In this document: positions 1 through 8,509 of the stretch, piece by piece
Position numbering within the stretch: position 1 is the stretch's first letter
Layout of the letters: each line of letters starts with the position of its first letter
Source of the DNA: an archaeon
GTDB lineage: Archaea; Nanobdellota; Nanobdellia; SCGC-AAA011-G17; GW2011-AR17
NCBI GenBank assembly: GCA_018653605.1
Contig: JABHYY010000021.1
Span: 4,329-68,328, forward strand
Length of the DNA stretch: 64,000 nucleotides
Direction: 5' to 3'
Notes under the pieces: model-generated
The model's input: the letters and a program-made list of their open reading frames with translations, nothing else
The model's database searches: none
Told to the model about the DNA's origin: nothing
Position numbers and translations under genes: made by a program

Positions 1-729
1 GAAGCTTGGTCAAGAGTGATTAATAGTGCTTATATGGAAGCTAATGGAGAAAGTCTTGAAAATGAAGCATATCAAAATTTGATTTTAACAATCATGTATC
101 AAGAAGCTGGTTTGAGAAGTGAAAGAAGAGCAACACCTTTCTTGTTTGTTACTGAAGATATGATTCCAGGTATGGATAACTCATCTTTTGGTCCAATGCA
201 AGTTAAGTTGTTGAGTGATTTTGAAGGTGATCCAGAAAGCATGGAAGATATTTTAGTTTATTCAATGCAAAGATTGGACAAAGTTGTTGAAGCTTATGGT
301 GGAGAAGTTACTAATGATAATTTGCAATTCCTTTTTGGAGATTGGGTTGCAGGTGATTATGCTTGTAGAGCTGCTGCTGTACAGAACATGTTGAATAAAG
401 AATTAAGTAGAGGACTTAGCTTAGATGGAGACTTAGGTCCAATGTCCAAAGGCGCTTTGAAACAATTAAATGACCAATATAATCTAGGCATGGATAGAGA
501 AGAAATTGATAGTTTTGAAATTGGAGATAATGGTGAATTTTTTGAGAGTGAAGTTTATAGAACTTTAGTTGAAAATTTTGCTTATGTTGAAAATCCTGTT
601 TTGGTTGAAGCCCATATGACAGGAATTGAAGGAGAATTAGCTCCAGTTAGAGGAGTTCCTGGAAATTCACAAGAATATGTTTCAAGAGCTCTTGAAGCTT
701 ATGATAATATAGGAGGATTGCAAAAATGA
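1..729 (+). CDS. DUF1615/YaiW-like lysozyme-fold protein (5' truncated by window edge)
   Basis: Frame is open from base 1. Motifs QEAG, GPMQV and FGDWVAGDYACRAAAVQN..LSLDGDL parallel the YaiW motifs QES, GGPMQV and FADFNAGWYASRNAAFQN..LALDGDL as I recall them. Confidence 0.75.
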   Translation, partial: EAWSRVINSAYMEANGESLENEAYQNLILTIMYQEAGLRSERRATPFLFVTEDMIPGMDNSSFGPMQVKLLSDFEGDPESMEDILVYSMQRLDKVVEAYGGEVTNDNLQFLFGDWVAGDYACRAAAVQNMLNKELSRGLSLDGDLGPMSKGALKQLNDQYNLGMDREEIDSFEIGDNGEFFESEVYRTLVENFAYVENPVLVEAHMTGIEGELAPVRGVPGNSQEYVSRALEAYDNIGGLQK

Positions 730-1088
730 AAAGGAAAATAATTGGAAGTGTAGCAGGCATAGGATTAGCAACAGCTTTAGGTTGTAGCGAAGAATCAGGA
801 ATTGGATACCATGGATTTCCTGAATTAGAAAGTGGAAATTGGGAAGTTACAGATATAAGAATCCCAACTAGAGGTAGTATCAATAATGTTTGGAGATTGG
901 AAGATAAAACATATTCTGTTACATTAAAACAAAATGGAGACCTGAATATTTCTGGACAGTATAAATATGAAATTAGAGAGAGTTATGACTTGATTCCTGA
1001 TGGCCGAGTGTTAGAAGGTGAAGAAAAACAAAGTTTTTGGGTTGATGAAAGACATGGAACTGTTACTCTAAGAGAGGTTGAAGAATGA
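726..1088 (+). CDS. putative lipoprotein
   Basis: MKRK plus hydrophobic stretch plus ALGC lipobox-like Cys; ATGA overlap with the upstream gene. Confidence 0.6.
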   Translation: MKRKIIGSVAGIGLATALGCSEESGIGYHGFPELESGNWEVTDIRIPTRGSINNVWRLEDKTYSVTLKQNGDLNISGQYKYEIRESYDLIPDGRVLEGEEKQSFWVDERHGTVTLREVEE

Positions 1089-1828
1089 AAGGGAGATATA
1101 TTTTAGGATTAGCAACTGTAGGTTTAGTTGGTTTAATTGGTGCTTTAAGTACACCTGTTTATAGAGACCATAACCCTAGTTATTATGCTATCACTGATAA
1201 TAGAGAAGAAGGAAGTAATTTACAAGCTGGTGAAAAAGATTATGATGTTTGGATACAGCAAGGTACTGTTGATGAAATTAGATCTCAATTTAAGTTTGAT
1301 TATAGATTAAAAAATGGTGAATCAGCGTTAAAACCTAATCGAAGAAGAGAATCAAATGTTACTGAAGAAGACATTATTAATTTTACTGTTGATTATATTG
1401 GAGACAAATTAAACTTTAGATGGCCAGTTTTATTTCCACAACCTATTGTTGATGGAATTAGAAAAGCCCCATTTGGTATGAGTGTAATGCCTAAGAAACA
1501 AAATGAATATTTTCAAAACACAACTCAAATTGATGTTGAAGGCGAGTGGGATATTCTAACTGATTGTTGGGATTATAGTCAGTTGTTCAAAAATGCGTTT
1601 AATGTTTTAGCACAGGATTATGGTGTTGAAGCTGAGGCTTTCAGAGTGACTGGTGACACTTATTTTAATTTGTTTGGTTTGGACAAAAAAGTAGGAGATC
1701 ATGATTTTAATTTAGTTATTGATTCTGAAGGGAATCATATCTATATTGATACAAATGGTCCAGATACACTTTGGATTACTAATCCACCAAATATTACTGA
1801 TAAAGTTGTTGTGAGGGAAGAAAAATGA
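1085..1828 (+). CDS. exported transglutaminase-like (Cys-His-Asp) protein
   Basis: N-terminal signal/anchor; DCWDYS...GDHDFN...YIDT matches the spacing of the transglutaminase-like triad. Confidence 0.6.
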   Translation: MKGRYILGLATVGLVGLIGALSTPVYRDHNPSYYAITDNREEGSNLQAGEKDYDVWIQQGTVDEIRSQFKFDYRLKNGESALKPNRRRESNVTEEDIINFTVDYIGDKLNFRWPVLFPQPIVDGIRKAPFGMSVMPKKQNEYFQNTTQIDVEGEWDILTDCWDYSQLFKNAFNVLAQDYGVEAEAFRVTGDTYFNLFGLDKKVGDHDFNLVIDSEGNHIYIDTNGPDTLWITNPPNITDKVVVREEK

Positions 1829-2181
1829 AAGCAATTGCAACAGGATTAGTTGGTGCTGTTTTAAGTTTGAGTAATGTTTGTGAACAACCAGAAACAATTG
1901 AAGAAACTGTAGAAGAATGTCCAAGAATTGAAGGACCAAGAGTTTTACAAGTTGGTCAAATTGGGGACTATTCTTTTGTTAATGAGAATTGTGAAACCCC
2001 TTTTGCTGAAGAAGGAGAGATCCCAGCAGGAGTTTGGTTACTTTATACACCAAATTTTTTATCACCTGAAGACAAAGACAATAACCAATATACAATAAGT
2101 TTAGGTTTTAATGAACCTGGAAGTTATGAATTAACATTCAAAGGTGATTTTACTACAATAACAATTGAGGTTGAAGAATGA
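1825..2181 (+). CDS. exported hypothetical protein (beta-rich)
   Basis: Hydrophobic N-terminus; acidic beta-rich body; ATGA overlaps on both sides. Confidence 0.6.
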   Translation: MKAIATGLVGAVLSLSNVCEQPETIEETVEECPRIEGPRVLQVGQIGDYSFVNENCETPFAEEGEIPAGVWLLYTPNFLSPEDKDNNQYTISLGFNEPGSYELTFKGDFTTITIEVEE

Positions 2182-2504
2182 GCAAAGATATAATTTATAT
2201 GACTTGTTTGTTGGCAACCACTGTAGCAACTTTAGGTCTTTTTGCTTGGAATTCAAGAGGTTATGTTGGTGAAGTTGCAGAAGATTTAGTTCCATTTGAA
2301 GAAGAGTTTAGCCAAGAGTGTGAACAAAAAACTGTGAATACTCTTTATGATGGTTCTTTAGATGCAATTGTTGATAGAAGAGATGAGTTTTTAGAGAGTC
2401 GAAATGTTCGAACTAATTGTGAAAAATGGGTTTGTTCAAAAAATTATCCTGATGGCTATAAAATGCTTATTACAAATAGTAGGAGTTGTCGAGGAGAAAA
2501 ATAA
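2178..2504 (+). CDS. membrane-anchored hypothetical protein
   Basis: One N-terminal hydrophobic helix, several Cys, ATGA-coupled start. Confidence 0.6.
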   Translation: MSKDIIYMTCLLATTVATLGLFAWNSRGYVGEVAEDLVPFEEEFSQECEQKTVNTLYDGSLDAIVDRRDEFLESRNVRTNCEKWVCSKNYPDGYKMLITNSRSCRGEK

Positions 2505-2506
2505 AA

Positions 2507-3139
2507 ATGAATCAATATTTCGAAAGAGCAGATGATTTTTTGACTAAACATTTACTTCCTGGTATCAAAAGAAGAAGAGAATACTTAGAAAGAGTGTTGG
2601 ACAGACATAGAGAATATTTGTCTTATGCTATATTTGCTGAAGATGCTGATGGAGTAAAGAAAATTAATGAAAAATATGTTGATTTTAATTTTCCATTAAG
2701 ATGTTATGTTGAAGCTAAGCAAGGAGAGATTGAATATTCTTTTCCTGTTAATCAAGAAAATATTACAACCCCAGAACAACAAAGGTTTGTTGATGAAGCT
2801 CAAGCAAGTGCCAATAGCAAATATTGTACAAATTGGACTAAAAATGCTAAAAGATGTGAAGAAACAGATGATTTGGTTTTAAGATTTTTAGCTGGTCATT
2901 TACTATCAGAAGTTGCTGCTAGATCTCTTTCTGGAGAAAACCTTATTGGGGATTTTAAAGTTCCTAGTTTAGAAGATCTGCAAAGTACTGAATCTTTAGA
3001 TGAATTGTTTGACCCAGCTAATAGCTTTCTAAGAATTTCTCAGAAATTAAGAGCTCGTTACATTGACTTAGCTAGTAGAGATAATCTGTTTGGTGCTTGG
3101 AAATTAAATGAAGCTATTCATGAGAAATATTCTCAATAA
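2507..3139 (+). CDS. hypothetical protein
   Basis: Long ORF; ATG at 2507, 2 nt after the upstream stop, preferred over the ORF-track start at 2486. Confidence 0.6.
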   Translation: MNQYFERADDFLTKHLLPGIKRRREYLERVLDRHREYLSYAIFAEDADGVKKINEKYVDFNFPLRCYVEAKQGEIEYSFPVNQENITTPEQQRFVDEAQASANSKYCTNWTKNAKRCEETDDLVLRFLAGHLLSEVAARSLSGENLIGDFKVPSLEDLQSTESLDELFDPANSFLRISQKLRARYIDLASRDNLFGAWKLNEAIHEKYSQ

Positions 3140-4277
3140 GATAGACCTTATCATTCTCTCTTACTTTTTTTTCTGTTTTTATTCCTACTAAGCATTTAGA
3201 AGCTTTATCCACCTGTTTGTGATTAATTTGTAATTCTTTAACTTCTTGTTTTATTACACCTGTTTTGTTTCCAACAAACATTATTTGATCTTTTAATTTG
3301 AGATCTTTGTATAATTGAATTGCTGCAACACCGTGTTCTTTGTAGAAGTTTATTACTTTACCAATTTGGATTTTTTTTGTTTTTGAAATATTGCCTTCAG
3401 ATTCAGTAAACTCATTGAATGGTTTTCCTAGGTAAAAGCCTGAATGGAAGCCTCTGTTGTATGCTGTTTTTAGTTCTTCTAATAGTGCATTCTTATTCTC
3501 TTCTGTAAATTCATTATTTTTTATTAGTGTAAGTGCTTTTTTGTATGTTCTGACTACAGTGTCAACATACTCAGGAGTTTTTGCTCTACCTTCGATCTTT
3601 ATACAGTCTACAAACTGTAGTTGGTCTAGGAAAGGTAGTGTGCACAGATCTTTTGGTGACATTATGTAACCTTGTCCTAACTTTAATTCTTTGTTTTCTT
3701 CTGTGTCTGTAATTTTGTATTCTCTTCTACAAGGTTGTATGCATTTTCCTCTGTTTGCACTTCTTTGAAATAAGTGTTGTGATAGGAAACATCTGCCTGA
3801 ATATGAAACACACATTGCACCATGGCAAAAAACTTCTATCTCTATGTTAGAATCTTTTATTTTTTTTATCTGGTTTATGTTGAGTTCTCTTGCAAGGATT
3901 ACTCTTTCAACACCTAGTTCTTTGTATTGTTCTATTGCCTTTAAATTAGCAACTGAAGCTTGTGTTGATAAGTGAACTGGGATTTCTAATTCTTTTGCAA
4001 TTTTTATAACTGCTAAGTCCCAACATATTACTGCGTCAATGTGGTCTTTTAGTTCTGTTAAAACTTCTTTTACCCTGTCCAACTCTTCATCATAAATTAT
4101 TGTGTTGATTGTTAGGTATTTTTTTATTTCTGGAAATGCTTTTACTTCTTCTATTGTAAAGTTTTTTGCAGAATCTCGCATGTTAAATTCTTTGATTCCA
4201 AAATATATTGAATCTGCTCCTGCATTGATTGCAGCTTGAAGCATTGCTTGATCTCCTACTGGTGCTAGTATTTCCAT
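3114..4277 (-). CDS. U32 family protein (TrhP/RlhA-like RNA hydroxylase family)
   Basis: MEILAPVG start; AGADSIYFG, HLSTQASV and FCHGAMCVSYSGRC..SANRGKCIQPCRR Fe-S cysteines; KIEGR. Confidence 0.9.
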   Translation of the reverse strand: MEILAPVGDQAMLQAAINAGADSIYFGIKEFNMRDSAKNFTIEEVKAFPEIKKYLTINTIIYDEELDRVKEVLTELKDHIDAVICWDLAVIKIAKELEIPVHLSTQASVANLKAIEQYKELGVERVILARELNINQIKKIKDSNIEIEVFCHGAMCVSYSGRCFLSQHLFQRSANRGKCIQPCRREYKITDTEENKELKLGQGYIMSPKDLCTLPFLDQLQFVDCIKIEGRAKTPEYVDTVVRTYKKALTLIKNNEFTEENKNALLEELKTAYNRGFHSGFYLGKPFNEFTESEGNISKTKKIQIGKVINFYKEHGVAAIQLYKDLKLKDQIMFVGNKTGVIKQEVKELQINHKQVDKASKCLVGIKTEKKVRENDKVYLIENISHE

Positions 4278-4329
4278 AGTTAAAATTTTATAGATAAAAC
4301 TTATAAACCTGTTGTTTTGTGGTGAATTT

Positions 4330-5562
4330 ATGGATGGGAGATTAGAAGAGTTAGTTCGAAAACAGTATAGATACATAGTTCCAGATTTAGCTGAAGAAAC
4401 ATACGATAGGTTAATTGAGTTTATGAATTCTAATACTGAACTGAATAGTGTGAGTATTGTAACACTTAAAGCCCTAACAAAAGTAGGAAAACAGCTCTGT
4501 AGGTCTTATGGAGAAAAAGTTGAAGATGCTTTTTGGGAGAACTTATATGACTATAATGCTTATGGTGCAAGAGTTCTTACTGATAAAAGTATGCCCGAAC
4601 ACGAATCTAAAATAAAACAAGTTAAAGGCGTAAAACCCAATTATCTTGCTTCTCATTTTTGGATGAATGCTTCAGATTCTGCATTTGAACTCTATAGAAA
4701 AGCAAACAAAAGAAGAGATACAAAAAAGAAAGAAAAGCATAGGACTATATTTATGAGTGCTGGATTAAATGCATTGAGTCTATTGCTCAATGCAGATGAT
4801 GATAATTACTTTGACCCAATATTGAGAAACTGCAAGGAACTTCGGAGAAGGGCTTTATATTGTTTTAATTTTGGAGGAGACATAAGGGGTGCAGAGATGG
4901 ATTATCAACTTGTTCTTGCTGAAGCTGAAGTTTATGACCATATGGGAGAGTTTGAATCAACCAGAACAAATCCAAGTTCAGAAAAAATAAGAGAATTAGA
5001 GTTAACTAGACTTGAGGCACTTGAAGCTGCAGCAAAAAAAGCCTATGTTGTGTATTCTTCTACAAAAAGATCTGAAAAAGGGAAATGGTTTGATAGAGTT
5101 GTAGATTCTGTTACTGAAGCTTCTTTAGAATATCTTGAATTAGAAAAAGTAGATGAAGCTTTTGCTGTTGCTGGAAAATTAGGTATGGGGAATGAGTTTG
5201 CTGCAACCTCTGATCCATACCCTAATGAAAAAGCTGCAGACCTTTGGTTGAAAATGGCAGAGAAGCTTGAAGATATTGATCTGGAAAAAATGGTTGAAGC
5301 TACTGAAAAGGCTGCTATCACTACTACCATTATGTATTTCTCTCCAGTGATTGCAAAAAGAAAAAAAATAAATTATATTGAAAAAGCTATAGGGTTAAGA
5401 AAAATAGCTTTACAGCAAGCTTTAGATTTGGGATTAGATCCTAAACCAAGAATAAATTCACTTTTAGTTCATTACCAGCATGCTTGCGATGATAAACCAA
5501 GGAATGCTAGAAAGTACCAAGGAGAAATTGCAAAATATCAAGCAATGATGGCTGAACTTTAA
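4330..5562 (+). CDS. hypothetical all-helical protein
   Basis: ORF of about 410 aa; GGTGA Shine-Dalgarno before ATG 4330; Ala/Leu/Glu-rich helical pattern. Confidence 0.65.
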   Translation: MDGRLEELVRKQYRYIVPDLAEETYDRLIEFMNSNTELNSVSIVTLKALTKVGKQLCRSYGEKVEDAFWENLYDYNAYGARVLTDKSMPEHESKIKQVKGVKPNYLASHFWMNASDSAFELYRKANKRRDTKKKEKHRTIFMSAGLNALSLLLNADDDNYFDPILRNCKELRRRALYCFNFGGDIRGAEMDYQLVLAEAEVYDHMGEFESTRTNPSSEKIRELELTRLEALEAAAKKAYVVYSSTKRSEKGKWFDRVVDSVTEASLEYLELEKVDEAFAVAGKLGMGNEFAATSDPYPNEKAADLWLKMAEKLEDIDLEKMVEATEKAAITTTIMYFSPVIAKRKKINYIEKAIGLRKIALQQALDLGLDPKPRINSLLVHYQHACDDKPRNARKYQGEIAKYQAMMAEL

Positions 5563-5563
5563 A

Positions 5564-6712
5564 TTATTCTTCTTTTTTTACCTTGCCAAAAGCCAGTGCA
5601 GCATAAACTAATATAGAGTGACCACCAGTTTGTAAAGTGTTTCCTTCTTTATCAACACGAGGAGATGTTGGTGACCAACCATACCTTATTCCAAAAGGGA
5701 CTAACCCACCTATTTTTGAATTAAAAGAAAGGCCTACATTAGGTAACACATTTGTATCAAATGTTTGTGAACCTTCAACTTGATTATCGCCAAGAAGAGT
5801 TAAAACTCCAACTTCTGGCCTTAAGTGATAATGTTTTGCTATTAGAAAGCCTAATGAAAGGTTGGCTTGAGCCCATGTAGAGTGTCTAAATTCATCATAA
5901 TATGTCCCAGGTGCAGCTCCTTGACTATTCATAAAACCTCCTTGGTACAATGCATTAAAAATATCAACACTTTGTTGTGTTCCAAACCTGCCTTGAAGAT
6001 GTAAGTTTAAAACTTTTCCTTGAAAATAAACTCCTGCCATCATTAGCAATTTTAAAGAATGTTCCTTATCATCAAATCCATCAATGTTTGATTTAAATCC
6101 AGGTCTGTGTGCATATTCTCCAAATCCACTAATTTCAAAACCCTCTTTTCTTTGTAATAGAACATCTTGTTCAAGATCTGAAATATCTGCTTCTAAAGTT
6201 AATTGTTGTTCAAAATGATTACTAGGAAAATTTGTTTCTGGTTTTGAAGGAAAACCATACACTTTTGCATAAGGTGAGTACATTAAACTTAACTCCAAAT
6301 GTTCTGCTGGTGCTATTGAAGAGAATACTTCTACTCCTAATTCATTTGCTTGGACTTCTCTTTCTTCTGCACTAGATCCATCTTGATTAAAGTCTAAGTA
6401 ATTTCCTTGAATAATATATCTCACAAAAGGTCTAACTCCAAAATCAACTTCTCCTCTTCTTAAAAATTCAACTGATAAACCTGAAGTACTTATTGACCCT
6501 AAAAAATCCCAAGAAGGATCAGCAGGAAATCTACTATATACTTGAACCTGAGCAAGAGGTATTGTACTTCCTTGACCAACTAAAGATGTTTCCATACCAC
6601 CAAAAATGCTTACATGATATTCATTTCTGGGTTCTGGATTTTCTTCAGCCTTTGCAACAGACCCTAATAATAATGTTGCTAGGGCTGCTCCACCTAATAA
6701 ATTACGAATCAT
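5564..6712 (-). CDS. signal-peptide protein with predicted outer-membrane-type beta-barrel (Omp85/TamA-like, tentative)
   Basis: Signal peptide ending AKA; about 15-16 amphipathic beta-strand segments; last strand VYAALAF. CDS is secure, fold is inferred. Confidence 0.55.
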   Translation of the reverse strand: MIRNLLGGAALATLLLGSVAKAEENPEPRNEYHVSIFGGMETSLVGQGSTIPLAQVQVYSRFPADPSWDFLGSISTSGLSVEFLRRGEVDFGVRPFVRYIIQGNYLDFNQDGSSAEEREVQANELGVEVFSSIAPAEHLELSLMYSPYAKVYGFPSKPETNFPSNHFEQQLTLEADISDLEQDVLLQRKEGFEISGFGEYAHRPGFKSNIDGFDDKEHSLKLLMMAGVYFQGKVLNLHLQGRFGTQQSVDIFNALYQGGFMNSQGAAPGTYYDEFRHSTWAQANLSLGFLIAKHYHLRPEVGVLTLLGDNQVEGSQTFDTNVLPNVGLSFNSKIGGLVPFGIRYGWSPTSPRVDKEGNTLQTGGHSILVYAALAFGKVKKEE

Positions 6713-6748
6713 ATAAAAAAAGAATAAAAGTTAAGTTTAAAACAATTT

Positions 6749-7843
6749 CTATGATAAAATCTGTTTGAAAACCATACCTTTCATGTTTTTTACCATGTAC
6801 TCTTGTGCTTTTTTTGTGGTCTCACCATTTGTTAAGAAAATCAGAGGTAATTTTTCATTTTGTGCTTCTGTGAATGCTAGCAAAAGTTCACCTTCGTTTA
6901 ATTTTTTCTTGTTTTTTGCTTTAACCATGTAAGCTAAGTTTCCAATATCTGTTGGAATTTTTACTAAGAAATTAATTTCTCTGTTCTTTCTTATTACTAC
7001 TATATTTTCTATGTTAACATTGTTTTTATTCAAATAAGCAATTACTGTTTTTGCAAAATCATCTTGTACTTGTTGAGGAGGTAGTGTTACTTGTTTTGGT
7101 TCTTCTTTAGGTTCTTCCTTAGGTTCTTCCTTAGGTTCTTCCTTAGGTTCTTCCTTAGGTTCTTCCTTAGGTTCTTCCTTAGGTTCTTCCTTAGGTTCTT
7201 CCTTAGGTTCTTCCTTAGGTTCTTCTTTAGGTTCTTCCTTAGGTTCTTCTTTAGGTTCTTCCTTTGGTTCTTCCTTAGGTTCTTCCTTAGGTTCTTCCTT
7301 AGCTGGCTGAGGCAGTTCTTGTTGTTTTGGTTCCTCAGCCTTTGGTTCCTCTGTAACAGGAGTCACTGGTTTATCTTCACCATACAATCTTTGTAAAATT
7401 TCTTCAATTAATTCTTTTGCTTCATCATCGTCAACTAAGTACCATTTCCAAAAAGTTTCAAGATTACCCTTTATTTGTAAAGGAAGAGGTTTTGCAAAGT
7501 CAGGTATTTCTTTTAGTGCTACTCTTATTGCTGGTTCTTGATCTCTTTCCCTTAAAACTTTATTCTCTTGTAACAAGTCAAATGCTCTCTTTGGAAATTC
7601 TTTCAAATGGTCCCTTAACATTGTTGCTAGCTTAGGTTCTTGGCCAGCTGCATAGTACAAAGGTGATCCACCAACTTTTGCCTTTGAAATTTTGAGTTGT
7701 TTTCCAGAAGTTAGTTCTGATAGTAGAGCTGAAATGAAAAGTGTGCTAGTTCCAACATTTTGTTTAACTTTAACTGGCAAAATGGGGCCTGCTCTCTTTA
7801 CATAACTCAATACTTGCTCTTTTAATTGGAGAACTTTGTTCAT
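6749..7843 (-). CDS. hypothetical protein: N-terminal wHTH-like region, EEPK linker, C-terminal PD-(D/E)xK-like domain
   Basis: 364-aa ORF; the C-terminal EINFLV..YMVKAK segment resembles a degenerate restriction-endonuclease-like fold. Confidence 0.6.
   Translation of the reverse strand: MNKVLQLKEQVLSYVKRAGPILPVKVKQNVGTSTLFISALLSELTSGKQLKISKAKVGGSPLYYAAGQEPKLATMLRDHLKEFPKRAFDLLQENKVLRERDQEPAIRVALKEIPDFAKPLPLQIKGNLETFWKWYLVDDDEAKELIEEILQRLYGEDKPVTPVTEEPKAEEPKQQELPQPAKEEPKEEPKEEPKEEPKEEPKEEPKEEPKEEPKEEPKEEPKEEPKEEPKEEPKEEPKEEPKEEPKEEPKQVTLPPQQVQDDFAKTVIAYLNKNNVNIENIVVIRKNREINFLVKIPTDIGNLAYMVKAKNKKKLNEGELLLAFTEAQNEKLPLIFLTNGETTKKAQEYMVKNMKGMVFKQILS
7094..7297 (-). repeat. 12-bp coding tandem repeat x17 (EEPK)
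   Basis: Unit cttaggttcttc on + strand, 17 consecutive units with only synonymous variants. Confidence 0.97.
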
Positions 7844-7897
7844 TAGAAGTTTGTTGTTTTTTAGATTTTTAAGCTTTTAGATAGAAAAAGATAGGGT

Positions 7898-8458
7898 TTA
7901 AGGTTTAGTCCAAGAGACGCTGTAGTAAGTCACATCTCCTTCGTCGTCAACAACACCAATAAGTAATTTTTTTCTTGTAGAATGAGCTACTCTGTTTTTT
8001 GCTGAGAAATTGTACCAAGTTTCCATTTCTGTTTCTAATACAGGATATAAAATCCATTTTGCATGATCTTCTCCAGGCTTGACTCCTCTGTCATACACTC
8101 TAAAATCTGCTCCAAACTTAAGTGCTGTTTTTACAATATAACCCCTGTTTCTCATGTCTTTGTAAACATTATATCTTGTCCAGAAGTTAGGTTCTAATTT
8201 TCTTGCTTTTTTTAGATATTTGTCAAGATTAAGGATTGTTCTGCCTGAAATAACTTGCATTTTTCCTCTTTCAATCAGGTAAAGTGCTTCAACTAAAGAG
8301 TATTGGAACTTGTCCTTGTGGAATGGTTCGCCCAATCTTGACTTTTCATAAAGTTCTCTAGCTAGATCGCAAGATCCTGCAATAACTTTCTCATTTGAAA
8401 AGATACCTTGAATTGGTTCTCTCACTTCTTCATGGACTTGTTTTTTCTTCTTTACCAT
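7898..8458 (-). CDS. endA: tRNA-intron endonuclease, catalytic subunit
   Basis: YSLVEALYL, YKDMRNRGYIVKTALKFGADFRVY and HAKW..RVAHSTRK carry the Tyr/His/Lys catalytic motifs. Confidence 0.93.
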   Translation of the reverse strand: MVKKKKQVHEEVREPIQGIFSNEKVIAGSCDLARELYEKSRLGEPFHKDKFQYSLVEALYLIERGKMQVISGRTILNLDKYLKKARKLEPNFWTRYNVYKDMRNRGYIVKTALKFGADFRVYDRGVKPGEDHAKWILYPVLETEMETWYNFSAKNRVAHSTRKKLLIGVVDDEGDVTYYSVSWTKP

Positions 8459-8509
8459 AAACTATAGATTCCAAAAGCTATATAAAAAGCTTTTCCTTTC
8501 TAAAATTCT

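Noticed and set aside
7094-7297. Possible CRISPR array (also considered 18407-19543)
   Set aside because: Contiguous in-frame coding repeats with no unique spacers, and no cas genes.
7091-7396. Plus-strand ORF of FFLR repeats
   Set aside because: Antisense shadow of the EEPK repeat.
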